NCBI GenBank assembly: GCA_963767925.1
Contig: CAVYGB010000008.1
Coordinates: forward strand, 704,001-768,000
Length of the DNA stretch: 64,000 bases
Direction of reading: 5' to 3'
Source of the DNA: an uncultured delta proteobacterium
GTDB taxonomy: Bacteria > Myxococcota_A > Polyangia > Fen-1088
Positions 49,919-64,000 of the stretch are shown piece after piece; position 1 is the first letter of the stretch, and every line of letters begins with the position of its first letter. The notes below the pieces were generated by a model that saw nothing but the letters and a program-made list of their open reading frames with translations, searched no databases and was not told where the DNA came from. The position numbers were made by a program, and so were the translations under genes.

Positions 49919-51556
49919 CTACTTCTCTTCGCTCCAGGGTCCGCGCATACCGAGCTTGGTCAAGATCAGGCCGAACTCCTTCTTGTGAGGCGCCCGGGCG
50001 TAGGCCTCCTCGGGTTCGACCAGCTGGTTCTTGACGAGCTCGACGAGGGTATCGTTCAGCGTTTGCATGCCGAGCGACTTTCCGGTCTGCATGAGCGAAG
50101 GGATCTGGAAGGTCTTCCCCTCGCGGATCAGGTTGGCCACCGCCGGCGTCACCACGAGGATCTCGAGCGCCGCCACCCGCCCGCCGCCCTTCTTGCGCAG
50201 CAGGGTCTGGGCGACCACGCCCTTGAGGGACTCGGAGAGCATCACCCGCACCTGGGGCTGGCGGTCGGTGGGAAACTGATCGATGAGCCGATCGACCGTG
50301 GAGGGCGCGGTGTTGGTGTGGAGCGTTCCGAACACGAGGTGGCCCGTCTCGGCCGTCTCGATGGCGATGGCCACCGTCTCGAGGTCGCGCATCTCGCCCA
50401 CCAGCACGATGTCGGGGTCCTCGCGCAGGGCGGCCCGCAAGGCGGCCTTGAAGCCCTTCGTGTGGGTCCCCACCTCGCGCTGGTTGATGAGGCACTTCTT
50501 GTCCTTGTGGACGAACTCGACCGGGTCCTCGATGGTGATGATGTGATCGTCCCGGTTGGCGTTGATCCAGTCCACCATCGCGGCGAGGGTCGTCGACTTG
50601 CCGCTGCCGGTCGGCCCCGTCACCACCACCAGCCCCTTGTCGAACTGGCAGAAGTCGATGCAGGCCTTCGGCAGACCCAGCGTCTCGACGCTGAGGATCT
50701 TCGAGGGGATCTGGCGGAAGACGGCGCCCACGCCGGCGATGTCCCGGAAGACGTTGCAGCGCATGCGGGCCCGGCCGGGCAGGGCGTAGGCGAAGTCGGT
50801 GTCGCTGGTCTCGCGGAACTCGATCTGGTTACGCTCGGGCATCATCGGCTCGAACATCCTCTCGAGCTCGGTCGAGCTGAGCGGGCCCCGTCCGGGCACG
50901 GTGGCGATCGACCCGTCGACCCGCACCATGGGGACGTTGCCCGACTTGAGGTGCAGGTCGGAGGCCTTCATGTCGAGCATCTGATGGAAGAGCTGGTCCA
51001 TCGTCACTGGCTCGAGGTTGATCGAGGAGGTCGGAGGGGACCGCCCGAAGAGCGCGGCAGAGGAGGGGCCCGAGACCAGCACGGGGGCCGGTGTGTGCAG
51101 CGAGGGCAGGCTGGCCTGGGGGGCGCTGGTCGCCGGTGGCTCTGGCCCGAGGGCGGCCGAGACCGAGGAGATGGACACGCCCTGCCGCCCGTCCGCGTGC
51201 CCCGGACCCGGCGAGGGTCCCGGCCCGGCGTTGGTGTGGCCGCTGGGCATGGGCGCCGGCGTCCCCGACAGCAGGATCCGAACCTGCAGCCCCATCTGGC
51301 TGTCGTCGACCTGCAGGATGGCCGCGCCCAGCGGGGACTGATACGGATAGCTCCGCTTGCCCGAGACCCCCGGCGCGTAGGCCGGACCGAGTGCCTCGCT
51401 CAGCAAGGCAGAGATCTGCTCCTCGGAGACCGGCTTGCTCGTCGCAGGTCGGGGCACTCCCGACATGATGAGCTCGATGGGAGCGCCGGGTCGAAGCACG
51501 AGCGCTTCCGCTCTGTGCTTGACCAGGCCTTCGAGGTACTTGTCGACGACCGCCAC
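49919..51556 (-). CDS. pilT: PilT/PilU family type IV pilus retraction ATPase with N-terminal extension
   Basis: GPTGSGKSTT, TIEDPVE, ALREDPD..LVGEMRD, GHLVFGTLHT, AVANLIRE. Confidence 0.92.
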   Translation of the reverse strand: MAVVDKYLEGLVKHRAEALVLRPGAPIELIMSGVPRPATSKPVSEEQISALLSEALGPAYAPGVSGKRSYPYQSPLGAAILQVDDSQMGLQVRILLSGTPAPMPSGHTNAGPGPSPGPGHADGRQGVSISSVSAALGPEPPATSAPQASLPSLHTPAPVLVSGPSSAALFGRSPPTSSINLEPVTMDQLFHQMLDMKASDLHLKSGNVPMVRVDGSIATVPGRGPLSSTELERMFEPMMPERNQIEFRETSDTDFAYALPGRARMRCNVFRDIAGVGAVFRQIPSKILSVETLGLPKACIDFCQFDKGLVVVTGPTGSGKSTTLAAMVDWINANRDDHIITIEDPVEFVHKDKKCLINQREVGTHTKGFKAALRAALREDPDIVLVGEMRDLETVAIAIETAETGHLVFGTLHTNTAPSTVDRLIDQFPTDRQPQVRVMLSESLKGVVAQTLLRKKGGGRVAALEILVVTPAVANLIREGKTFQIPSLMQTGKSLGMQTLNDTLVELVKNQLVEPEEAYARAPHKKEFGLILTKLGMRGPWSEEK

Positions 51557-51567
51557 GGCCACGACAA

Positions 51568-51595
51568 CACTCGTCTTTTGAAGCCCTGAACTTGA
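51568..51595 (-). promoter_or_regulatory. Candidate sigma28 promoter of pilT
   Basis: TCAA(GTT)-N16-GACGAGTG just upstream of GTG 51562/51556. Confidence 0.45.
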
Positions 51596-51604
51596 GCGCC
51601 TGCA

Positions 51605-51633
51605 TTGACACTGTCGTTGCTTTCCCCTAGGGT
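51605..51633 (+). promoter_or_regulatory. sigma70 promoter of the nuo operon
   Basis: TTGACA-N17-TAGGGT. Confidence 0.7.
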
Positions 51634-51651
51634 TCCCGCGGCTCGACGACC

Positions 51652-52198
51652 ATGGCACTCGAGTTTTCTGCCCAAGCTAAGCAACAGATCGAGCGAATGC
51701 GCATGCGCTACCCCACGAGGCAGGCGGCGCTCCTTGCCGGTGCTTCACATCGCACAGGACGAGTTTGGTCATCTCTCCGACGAGGCGATCGAGCTCGTCT
51801 CCAGCACGTTGGCGCTCCCCCCGGCTCACGTCTTCGGGGTCGTCACGTTTTACACGATGTTCCACCGCGAGCCGCGGGGGAGCAACGAGCTCATGGTCTG
51901 CACCAACGTTTCCTGCATGTTGCGAGGGGCCTACGACATCCTCGCGCACCTGCAGAAGCGGCTGGGTGTCGGACCCGGGGAGACGACCGCCGACGGCGCC
52001 TTCACCCTCATCGAAGAGGAGTGTCTGGCGGCCTGCGCGAACGCCCCGATGATGATCTGCGGACCGGAGTACTACCTCGATCTCACCCCGGAGAAGGTCG
52101 ACCGCATCCTCGACGACCTCAAGAAGCGGCACTCGGAGCGCAAGAAGGCGACCCCCGCTGATCGCGCGCCCCAGGCGACGCAAGCAGCCAAGCCGTAG
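51652..52198 (+). CDS. nuoE: NADH-quinone oxidoreductase subunit E (frameshift near 51735)
   Basis: RYP..QAALLPVLH.AQ, VTFYTMF, C...SC, ECLAAC..AP. Confidence 0.93.
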
Positions 52199-52208
52199 GA
52201 CGACTCAG

Positions 52209-53547
52209 ATGGGCTCGCAGGACGCCACAAACACCAAGATCGTCACCAAGAACTTCGGTGTGCCGAATTCGCACCGTCTGGCCACCTATCTGCAAAGAGG
52301 GGGCTGGGACGGGTTCCGCCGGGCACTCACCTTCACCCCGACCAGCCTCACCGACGAGGTGAAGAAGTCCAACCTGCGCGGCCGCGGCGGCGCCGGCTTC
52401 TCCACCGGGATGAAGTGGTCCTTCGTGCCCAAGGAGGCCAAGCGGGTCTACCTGGTGTGCAACGCCGACGAGTCGGAGCCCGGCACCTGCAAGGATCGGG
52501 AGCTGATGGCGCTCGATCCCCACCTGCTCATCGAGGGCATGGCCATCGCGTCGTACGCCCTGGGCTGCAAACACGCCTACATCTATATCCGGGGTGAGAT
52601 GATCCGCGAGGCGCAGCATCCTCCAGGCCGCCATCGACGAAGCCTACGAGGCGGGCTGGCTGGCCAAGGATCACCTGGCGGCCAATGGAGTCTTCCGTCT
52701 CGACCTGACCCTGCACCGGGGCGCGGGCGCCTACATCTGCGGTGAGGAGACCGGCCTGCTCAACTCGCTCGAGGGCAAGCGCGGCTGGCCCCGCCTCAAG
52801 CCTCCCTTCCCCGCGGTGCGCGGCCTCTTCCAGGAGGCCACCATCGTCAACAATGTCGAGACGTTGATGAACATCCCCGACATCATCCTCAAGGGGGGCG
52901 AATGGTTCGCCCGCCTGGGGGTGGGCAAGTCGGGCGGAACCCGGATCGTCTGCGTCTCGGGCCACGTCAAGCGGCCCGGCGTCTTCGAGCTGCCGATGGG
53001 CATGCCCTTCCGGGAGCTGATCTACGACGTCTGCGGCGGCATGAGCGGGTCGGCTCCCCTCAAGGGGCTGATTCCGGGCGGCAGCTCGATGCCCCCTCTG
53101 GACGCCAGCGAGATCGACGTCCCCATCGAGTTCGACGCCCTCATGACCGACCCCCGGATCAAGGACGTCGAGGTCCGCCCGGGCGTCCCCTTCGATCTGG
53201 GCGGCGGGCGGCGCCTCAAGACCATGGCCGGCTCGGGCGGCATCGTGGTGTTCGACGAGGCGACCGACGTGGTGGCGCTCTGCGCCCGCATCATGAAGTT
53301 CTACGCGCACGAGTCTTGCGGCCAGTGCACGCCCTGCCGGGAAGGCACCGGCTGGCTGGCCCGGGTCTGCCAGCGGCTCGTCGAAGGGGACGGACGTCCC
53401 GGTGACGTCGACCTGCTGGCCAACATCGCCGTTGGCATCGCCGGCAACACCATCTGCGCGCTCGGCGAGGCTGCGGCCTGGCCGATGCTCGGGTTCCTCA
53501 CCAAGTTTCGCTCCGACTTCGAAGCCCGCCTGAGGAAGGCGGCCTGA
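52209..53547 (+). CDS. nuoF: NADH-quinone oxidoreductase subunit F (frameshift near 52620)
   Basis: LRGRGGAGF.TG.KW, NADESEPGT.KD, GAYICGEET, ESCGQCTPCREG, TIC. Confidence 0.95.
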
Positions 53548-53569
53548 ACCACTAATCCGAGGAGGAGCC

Positions 53570-54244
53570 GTGCAGCTGCTAGGGCTCGAGAAAGCCAGCC
53601 TCGCCGAGCTCATCGTGTTCGCGATCTTCGGTGGGGCCACTCTCGTTGGAGCGCTCTTCACCGTTACCCGCCGCAACCCGGTGACCGCAGTGATGTCGCT
53701 GGTCGGCACGTTCTTCGCGCTCGCCGGGATCTACGCGACCCTGTCCGCCCACTTCCTGGCGGTCTTGCAGGTGATGGTCTACGCCGGCGCCATCATGGTG
53801 CTCTTCATCTTCGTCGTGATGATCCTCAACCGCGAGGAGGTCGAGCTGATCTCCTGGCGGGGCATCGTCACCCGGGCCCTGGGCGTGGTGGCCATGGGGG
53901 GTGGGGTGCTGATGGCCGTGCGCCTGGTCTATCTGACCCGGGACACGCCGGTCCTCGCCGGGCCCACCGCCCCGCTGCCGGAAGGGTACGCCACCGTGGC
54001 CGCGACCGGCCTGGCCCTGTTCAGCGACTTCGTCTACCCCTTCGAGGCCATCTCCCTGCTGCTGCTGGTGGCCGTCGTCGGGGGGGTCATCGTCTCCCGC
54101 TCTCACCAGCAGGAGGAGCGGGCCGAAGACGCCGCCGAGCACATCAAGACGGTGCGCGCGGCCAGCTACCCAGAGCGGCGGCTCGAGCCCCTCCCGCCCG
54201 GCACCTCTCCCGAGGACGGGCACGCCCCCGAGGCCCATCACTGA
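53570..54244 (+). CDS. nuoJ: NADH-quinone oxidoreductase subunit J
   Basis: [28 protein letters not shown]. Confidence 0.93.
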   Translation: MQLLGLEKASLAELIVFAIFGGATLVGALFTVTRRNPVTAVMSLVGTFFALAGIYATLSAHFLAVLQVMVYAGAIMVLFIFVVMILNREEVELISWRGIVTRALGVVAMGGGVLMAVRLVYLTRDTPVLAGPTAPLPEGYATVAATGLALFSDFVYPFEAISLLLLVAVVGGVIVSRSHQQEERAEDAAEHIKTVRAASYPERRLEPLPPGTSPEDGHAPEAHH

Positions 54245-54251
54245 GGCCCCC

Positions 54252-54551
54252 ATGCCCACCCATATCTACATCGCCCTGTCGCTGATCCTCTTCCTGATCG
54301 GGGCCGCCGGTGTCCTGCTCCGGCGCAACGCCATCATCGTCCTCATGGCGATCGAGCTCATGCTCAACGCGGGCAACCTGGCCTTCCTGGCCTTCGCCCG
54401 CTCGCTGGGAGACCTCAAGGGGCAGGTCTTCGCCTTCTTCGTCATCGCCCTGGCGGCCGCCGAGGCGGCGGTTGGCCTGGCCATCCTGGTCGGGCTCTAC
54501 CGGACGCGGCAGACCGTGAACCTGGACGAAGCGTCCCTCATGAGGCGCTGA
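54252..54551 (+). CDS. nuoK: NADH-quinone oxidoreductase subunit K
   Basis: RRN...[24 protein letters not shown]. Confidence 0.95.
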   Translation: MPTHIYIALSLILFLIGAAGVLLRRNAIIVLMAIELMLNAGNLAFLAFARSLGDLKGQVFAFFVIALAAAEAAVGLAILVGLYRTRQTVNLDEASLMRR

Positions 54552-54575
54552 CCGCGCAGCCAACGGACCATCGCC

Positions 54576-56789
<2,214 letters not shown>

Positions 56790-56791
56790 CC

Positions 56792-58458
<1,667 letters not shown>

Positions 58459-58462
<4 letters not shown>

Positions 58463-59953
58463 GCTTCGACCTGAACCAGATCGTCCCCCTGCTCCCGATG
58501 CTGATCCTGATCGGGATGGGGTGCCTCGTGCTGCTGGCCGAGACCTTCAGCACCAGCGACTCCCGGCAGGGGTTGATGTGGCTGTCCGCCGCCGGCTGCC
58601 TGGCCTCGGGCCTCGTGCTGGCCGGCCAGTGGGAAGCGGCGTCCTCGCCCGCCACCGTCCTGCAGGGCATGTGGATCACCGACCGGATGGCCCTCTTCGG
58701 TGACATCGCCTTCCTGATGACGGCGTTCCTCACCGTGCTGCTGGCCGGCCCCTTCATGCGGGAGCACGGCTTCGAGTTCGGCGAGTTCTACGCCCTGGTC
58801 CTGTTCGGGGTCGCGGGCATGATGATGGTGGCCCACGCCGACCACCTGCTGGCGCTGCTGATCGGGATCGAGACCCTCTCGGTGGCGGCCTACGTCCTGA
58901 CCGGGAGCTGGCGGCGCAGCCCGCGCAGCTCGGAGGGGGCCCTCAAGTACTTCCTCATGGGCGCCTTCGCCACCGGCTTTCTCGTCTACGGCATGGCCCT
59001 GGTCTACGGCCTCACCGGGGGAGAGCTCAGCTACGCCGGCATCGCCGCGAAGGCGCAAGGAGGGCGCCGGCAACCCCCTCTTCCTGGTCGGGTTCTACTT
59101 CATCCTGGCCACCCTCATCTTCAAGGTCGCCGCGGTCCCCTTTCACTTCTGGGCGCCCGATGCTTACGAGGGGGCGCCCACGCCGGCCAGCGGCTTCATG
59201 GCCGCCGGGGTGAAGGCGGCCGCCTTCGTCGGTATCGTGCGGTTCCTGGGCAACGTCTTCGGCGGCACCGGCTTGCCGCCGGCCGAGACGAGCTGGATCG
59301 GCGTGCTGTCGGTTGTCGCGGTCGTGACCATGACCTTCGGCAACCTGGCCGCCCTCCGGCAGGACAACATCAAACGGATGCTGGCCTACTCCTCGGTGGC
59401 CCACGCCGGGTATGTCCTGGTGGGCGTGGCCGCCGTGGGGCTGGGCGTCCCCGATGCCCAGCCCTCGGTCCTGTTTTACCTGCTCGCCTACACCTTCACG
59501 ACCCTCGGCGCGTTCGGGGTCGTGGCCTGGGTGGGCCGCCGCGCGAACGAGCGGCTGCTCGTCGACGACTGGGCCGGCCTGGCCACGGCTCGACCGGCGC
59601 TGGCCCTGGCGATGACGTTTTTCATGCTGTCGCTGGGAGGCGTCCCCCCGACGGGCGGCTTCTTCGGGAAGTTCTACCTCTTCCGCTCGGCGATGGCCGA
59701 GCCGGCCCTGTACCCGCTGGTCATCGCCGGCGTGCTCAACAGCGCCGTCAGCATGTACTACTACCTGCGGGTGGTGGTCGCGATGTACTTCAAGGATCCG
59801 GTCCAGCCCCACGAGCCCTTCCAGGCGCCCAGCATGCGGCTGGCGCTCGTGCTCACCGTCATCGCCGTGCTGGCGATGGGCGTGATGCCGGGGACGGTGG
59901 TCGAGTGGGCCAGCGGCGGGGCCGCGGCCCCGGTCGCGCTCGGCGCCCGCTGA
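58459..59953 (+). CDS. nuoN: NADH-quinone oxidoreductase subunit N (frameshift near 59055)
   Basis: EGALKYF.MG, FKVAAVPFH.W.PD.Y.GAP, KRMLAYSSVAH, PPT.GF.GK. Confidence 0.94.
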
Positions 59954-59975
59954 GCGCGGCGCCGACCGGGCCGCA

Positions 59976-61406
59976 CTAGTTCGGCGGCGGCTCTTCTTCG
60001 ATCTCGACCAGGCGCTGCAGCCGGTTGGACCAGACCAGCCCCCGGCGGGCGCGAGGCGTGCGCGAAGGGTCGGAGGGCTGGGCTGTCACCCTCGGCTTGC
60101 CGGCGGTCGCGTTGGGCTCGGTCCGGGCGCGCGCCCGGGAGCGCTCCCGCGGCGTGTTCTCCGGGGGGTCGAAGCTGGGCTCCACGACGTTCAGCACAGA
60201 GGGGGAGCGGGCCGGTGCCGGCCGCGCCGGGGCCGGAAGCGGTCGAGCTGGCGGGGGCTCGCCCGGCGCCGGGCGCGCGGCCACAGCGGGTGGGCTGGCC
60301 GGTGGCGGGGGCGGCGGGGTAGCCCGGGGCGCGACGGGAGGGGAGGGCGCCAGAGCAGCCGGCGGGGAGGGTGCGGGAGCAGCCGGTGGGGCGGCCGGAG
60401 GCGCGACGACCACCGGCGGCGAGAAATTGCCGATCCGGGCCGGGCGGGCCAGCACCTCGGGCGCGGTCGGTCTGGCCTGCGTGCGAGAGCCTTCGCCGCC
60501 GAAGTCGGGGTCGGCGAGCGCCCCCACCACGACGACCGTGGTGACGGTGGCCAGGGTGGCTACCCCCACCCGCGCCACCACCCGGGCCAGCCGCCCCGAG
60601 CGCGGCTCTTCCGCCTCGGGAGCCGGGGAAGCGTCTCCGGCCGGCTGGAAGGCCGGCTCGGCGTTGTCGGGCAAGTGGGCCCGCACCGACAGGGCCAGGG
60701 CCTCCGACAGCTCGATCGCCGAGGCGAACAGGCGGCCGCTGCCCGAACCGCGCGCCCGCTCGAGGAGCGTGCCCGGCGCGGGGATGGTCTTGCGCCCCAG
60801 GGTGGCGTGGCTCGCCTTGAGCTCCACCGAGGACAGGAGGCGCTCGGCGATCTCGGCCAGCCCGGCCAGATCCGCGGAGATCTCGGCGCGCGCACCCGCC
60901 GCCGCCGTCGCCGTGGGGCCGTTCGCGGAGAACCAGCGGAGGCCGAAGCCACCCAGCTTGACCGCCGCCATGCCCCCCTCGGCGCCGTCGGGCAGAAAGA
61001 CGTTGTCCGCGGCGACGTTTTCGTGGGCGATGCCCCGGCTGTGGGCGTCCTCGAGGGCGCGGGCGATCCCGGCCACCAGGTCGAGGGCCGCGTCGGCCGA
61101 GGCGGCCCCGCCGTTGTGGAAATACTGGGCCAGGGTCCCGCCCGGCAGCTCCCAGATGGCGGCCGTCCGCCCGTCGGGCAACTGCCCGAGCCCCACCACC
61201 GGCAGGATGTTGGGGTTGCCCGCCTCGGACAGAGCGGCGAGCTCCCGCTCGAAGCCATCGAGGAGATCGGGGCGAGCGGGCGGCGGGGTCACCACCTCGA
61301 CGAGGAAGCGCCCCGGCCGGGCCGGATGAACCGCCTCGTGGGTCTCCGAGATCTCGGTCGTCCGAAGACAACGAACAAGCTGATACGAATCCGCTTGGTT
61401 GGACAT
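59976..61406 (-). CDS. Pseudokinase-domain membrane protein with Pro-rich tail
   Basis: FERE..ALS...PNILPV, AHSRGIAHENV..DN, KLGGFG; TM; Pro-rich C-terminus. Confidence 0.7.
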   Translation of the reverse strand: MSNQADSYQLVRCLRTTEISETHEAVHPARPGRFLVEVVTPPPARPDLLDGFERELAALSEAGNPNILPVVGLGQLPDGRTAAIWELPGGTLAQYFHNGGAASADAALDLVAGIARALEDAHSRGIAHENVAADNVFLPDGAEGGMAAVKLGGFGLRWFSANGPTATAAAGARAEISADLAGLAEIAERLLSSVELKASHATLGRKTIPAPGTLLERARGSGSGRLFASAIELSEALALSVRAHLPDNAEPAFQPAGDASPAPEAEEPRSGRLARVVARVGVATLATVTTVVVVGALADPDFGGEGSRTQARPTAPEVLARPARIGNFSPPVVVAPPAAPPAAPAPSPPAALAPSPPVAPRATPPPPPPASPPAVAARPAPGEPPPARPLPAPARPAPARSPSVLNVVEPSFDPPENTPRERSRARARTEPNATAGKPRVTAQPSDPSRTPRARRGLVWSNRLQRLVEIEEEPPPN

Positions 61407-61572
61407 GGCCGGCTTACAGGCCTGCGGGATCCTGTTTTCTTCCCTCAATCTTCCCTACCACCCAAACAGCCCTCCCGTAAAAGATAATCCCGGGCGACCC
61501 CGGGTGCGGCCCCGCTCACACGCGCACCGACCCGGACAGCCACCGACCGGTGGGGCGGGGGGGGCGGGGGGC

Positions 61573-62003
61573 CTACCGGCTTGGGGCGCTCTCGGGCGCC
61601 GGGCCTTCTCCCCGGGCGCGCTTTTCTCGGATCCCAAGCAGGGCAACAGCCGCACGTTTCCCCCGAGCATCGGCCTGTGCCCCCCATCCCCTGAGCACGC
61701 GCGCGCAGACCTCCCGAACCTCGGGGTTGGCGTCGTATACCGCGAAATGTCGGAGCACCGGGATCGCCTCCTCGTCTCCGATTCGCTCGAGGGTGGCGAA
61801 CAGCCGCAGACGCCCGCGGTCGGGCGCCGTGTGCAAGGCGATCTCGATCTGCGGGATGGCCCTGCTCCCGTGGGCGCTCAGACGGGCCAGGACCGGTTCC
61901 TCGGCGAGGCGCTGGTCCTGGGTCAGCAGCCGGATGTCCGACCCGATGGCCCGGTACGAGTCGTCCTCGCAGGCGGCCGCGAGCAGCCAGAGGACCGTTG
62001 TCG

Positions 62004-62016
<13 letters not shown>
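61573..62016 (-). CDS. HEAT-repeat lipoprotein
   Basis: LLAAAC lipobox; L..IGD..AIP.L..D.NPEVRE. Confidence 0.6.
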
Positions 62017-63110
<1,094 letters not shown>

Positions 63111-63159
63111 GAAGGGGCGAAGATAGCAGAACGCCCGGGAAGACGGGCGGCCGGAAGGC

Positions 63160-64000
63160 TCACCGCATCTTGATGGTGTACGTCTCCTGGCCCGAGACGC
63201 CGCCGAAGGTGGCCCCGATGACAACGCTGCCCGGCGCCCGGGGAACCAGGAGGCCGCCCCCGTCCACGCTGGCGACAGCCGGATCCGAGCTCGACCAGCG
63301 CACCTGGTTGTTCATCAGCTCGCGGGGCGGGCTGCCATCGGTGAAGAAGGCCTGGACCGACAGCCGGTAGGTGAGCCCCACGAAGAAGTCGGAGTTCGCG
63401 CTGGTGAGCCGCAGCTCCTGGATCTGCATCGGCCCCGCGCCGCACTCGAGCGTGGCGCTGGAGGTCGCTCCGAAGTAGCTGGCGCTGACCGTCGCCGCGC
63501 CCGCGGCCAGGCAGCGGAACCGGCCGCCCCCGAGCGAACTGGCGGTGGCGGGCGCCGACGAGGTCCAGGTCGTCTGCATCGACACGTCGATGGCGGCGCC
63601 TTCACCCCGGCGGGCGAAGCCCTGGAAGGTCACGGTCGATCCGACCATCCCCCGCCCGCTGGTGGGAGACACCGCCAGGGTCGGCGACTCGCCGCCCGAC
63701 ACGAGCACCGCTACCTGGGTGCGGGTGCCGGCGAAGTCGGCGCTGATCACGGTCTCGCCGGCGCGGACGCCGGTGACCCGGCCAATCGGCTCGAGCCCGG
63801 TTCCCACCCGGACGATGCGCTGGTCCCCCGACAGCCAGCGCGCGGCCGCGGTCACCTCCGCCTCGGTCCCGTCGCTGTAGCTGGCGCGGGCCTCGAGCGG
63901 CTCGCTCTGGCCCACGGCGAGCTGCACCTGGGTCGGCTGTACCCGCAGCTCTCGCAGCCCGGCCGCCGTGACGGTCACGGCGGCGCTGCCCGCCCCCAGG
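63160..64000 (-). CDS. Bacterial Ig-like (Big_2) repeat protein (5' partial)
   Basis: Repeated L.V.P....L..G.....A...SDG...VT....W.SSD..VA.V. Confidence 0.8.
   Translation of the reverse strand, partial: LGAGSAAVTVTAAGLRELRVQPTQVQLAVGQSEPLEARASYSDGTEAEVTAAARWLSGDQRIVRVGTGLEPIGRVTGVRAGETVISADFAGTRTQVAVLVSGGESPTLAVSPTSGRGMVGSTVTFQGFARRGEGAAIDVSMQTTWTSSAPATASSLGGGRFRCLAAGAATVSASYFGATSSATLECGAGPMQIQELRLTSANSDFFVGLTYRLSVQAFFTDGSPPRELMNNQVRWSSSDPAVASVDGGGLLVPRAPGSVVIGATFGGVSGQETYTIKMR

Noticed and set aside
61552..61571. G-run tract, possible G-quadruplex
   Set aside because: Not unusual at this GC content, and homopolymer lengths are unreliable here

Overview
High-GC (about 70%) bacterial chromosomal window. 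The gene content (Ser/Thr kinases, Gly/Pro-rich lipoproteins, PilT, DUF4388 regulator, split nuo operon) points to Myxococcota, by inference. It has about 52 CDS and tRNA-Ala(CGC); I found no CRISPR array, rRNA, integrase or transposase. Many genes at 40.8-59.1 kb, including complex I subunits, carry single-base frameshifts that look like long-read indel errors. Main finding: a compact 'flagellar-type' regulatory cassette with no flagellar structural genes in the window, whose wiring can be read from the DNA. A FleQ/FlrA-like sigma54 activator is followed by two GTCA-N6-TGAC boxes, a correctly spaced -24/-12 promoter, fliA and a truncated flgM. sigma28-type promoters precede flgM, the activator itself (a possible positive-feedback loop), pilT, and a neighbouring operon encoding a double Ddl-like ATP-grasp ligase, a DmpA peptidase, a degenerate GshB-like protein and a GAF-GGDEF cyclase. 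Other notable items: a 165-bp MITE-like palindrome, NuoL fused to a PKD domain, a methyltransferase with a PqqD/RRE-like tail, a sensor-less TFP-class chemosensory operon, a His-less cupredoxin and many leaderless-type gene starts. All domain calls come from motif recognition by eye, not database searches.
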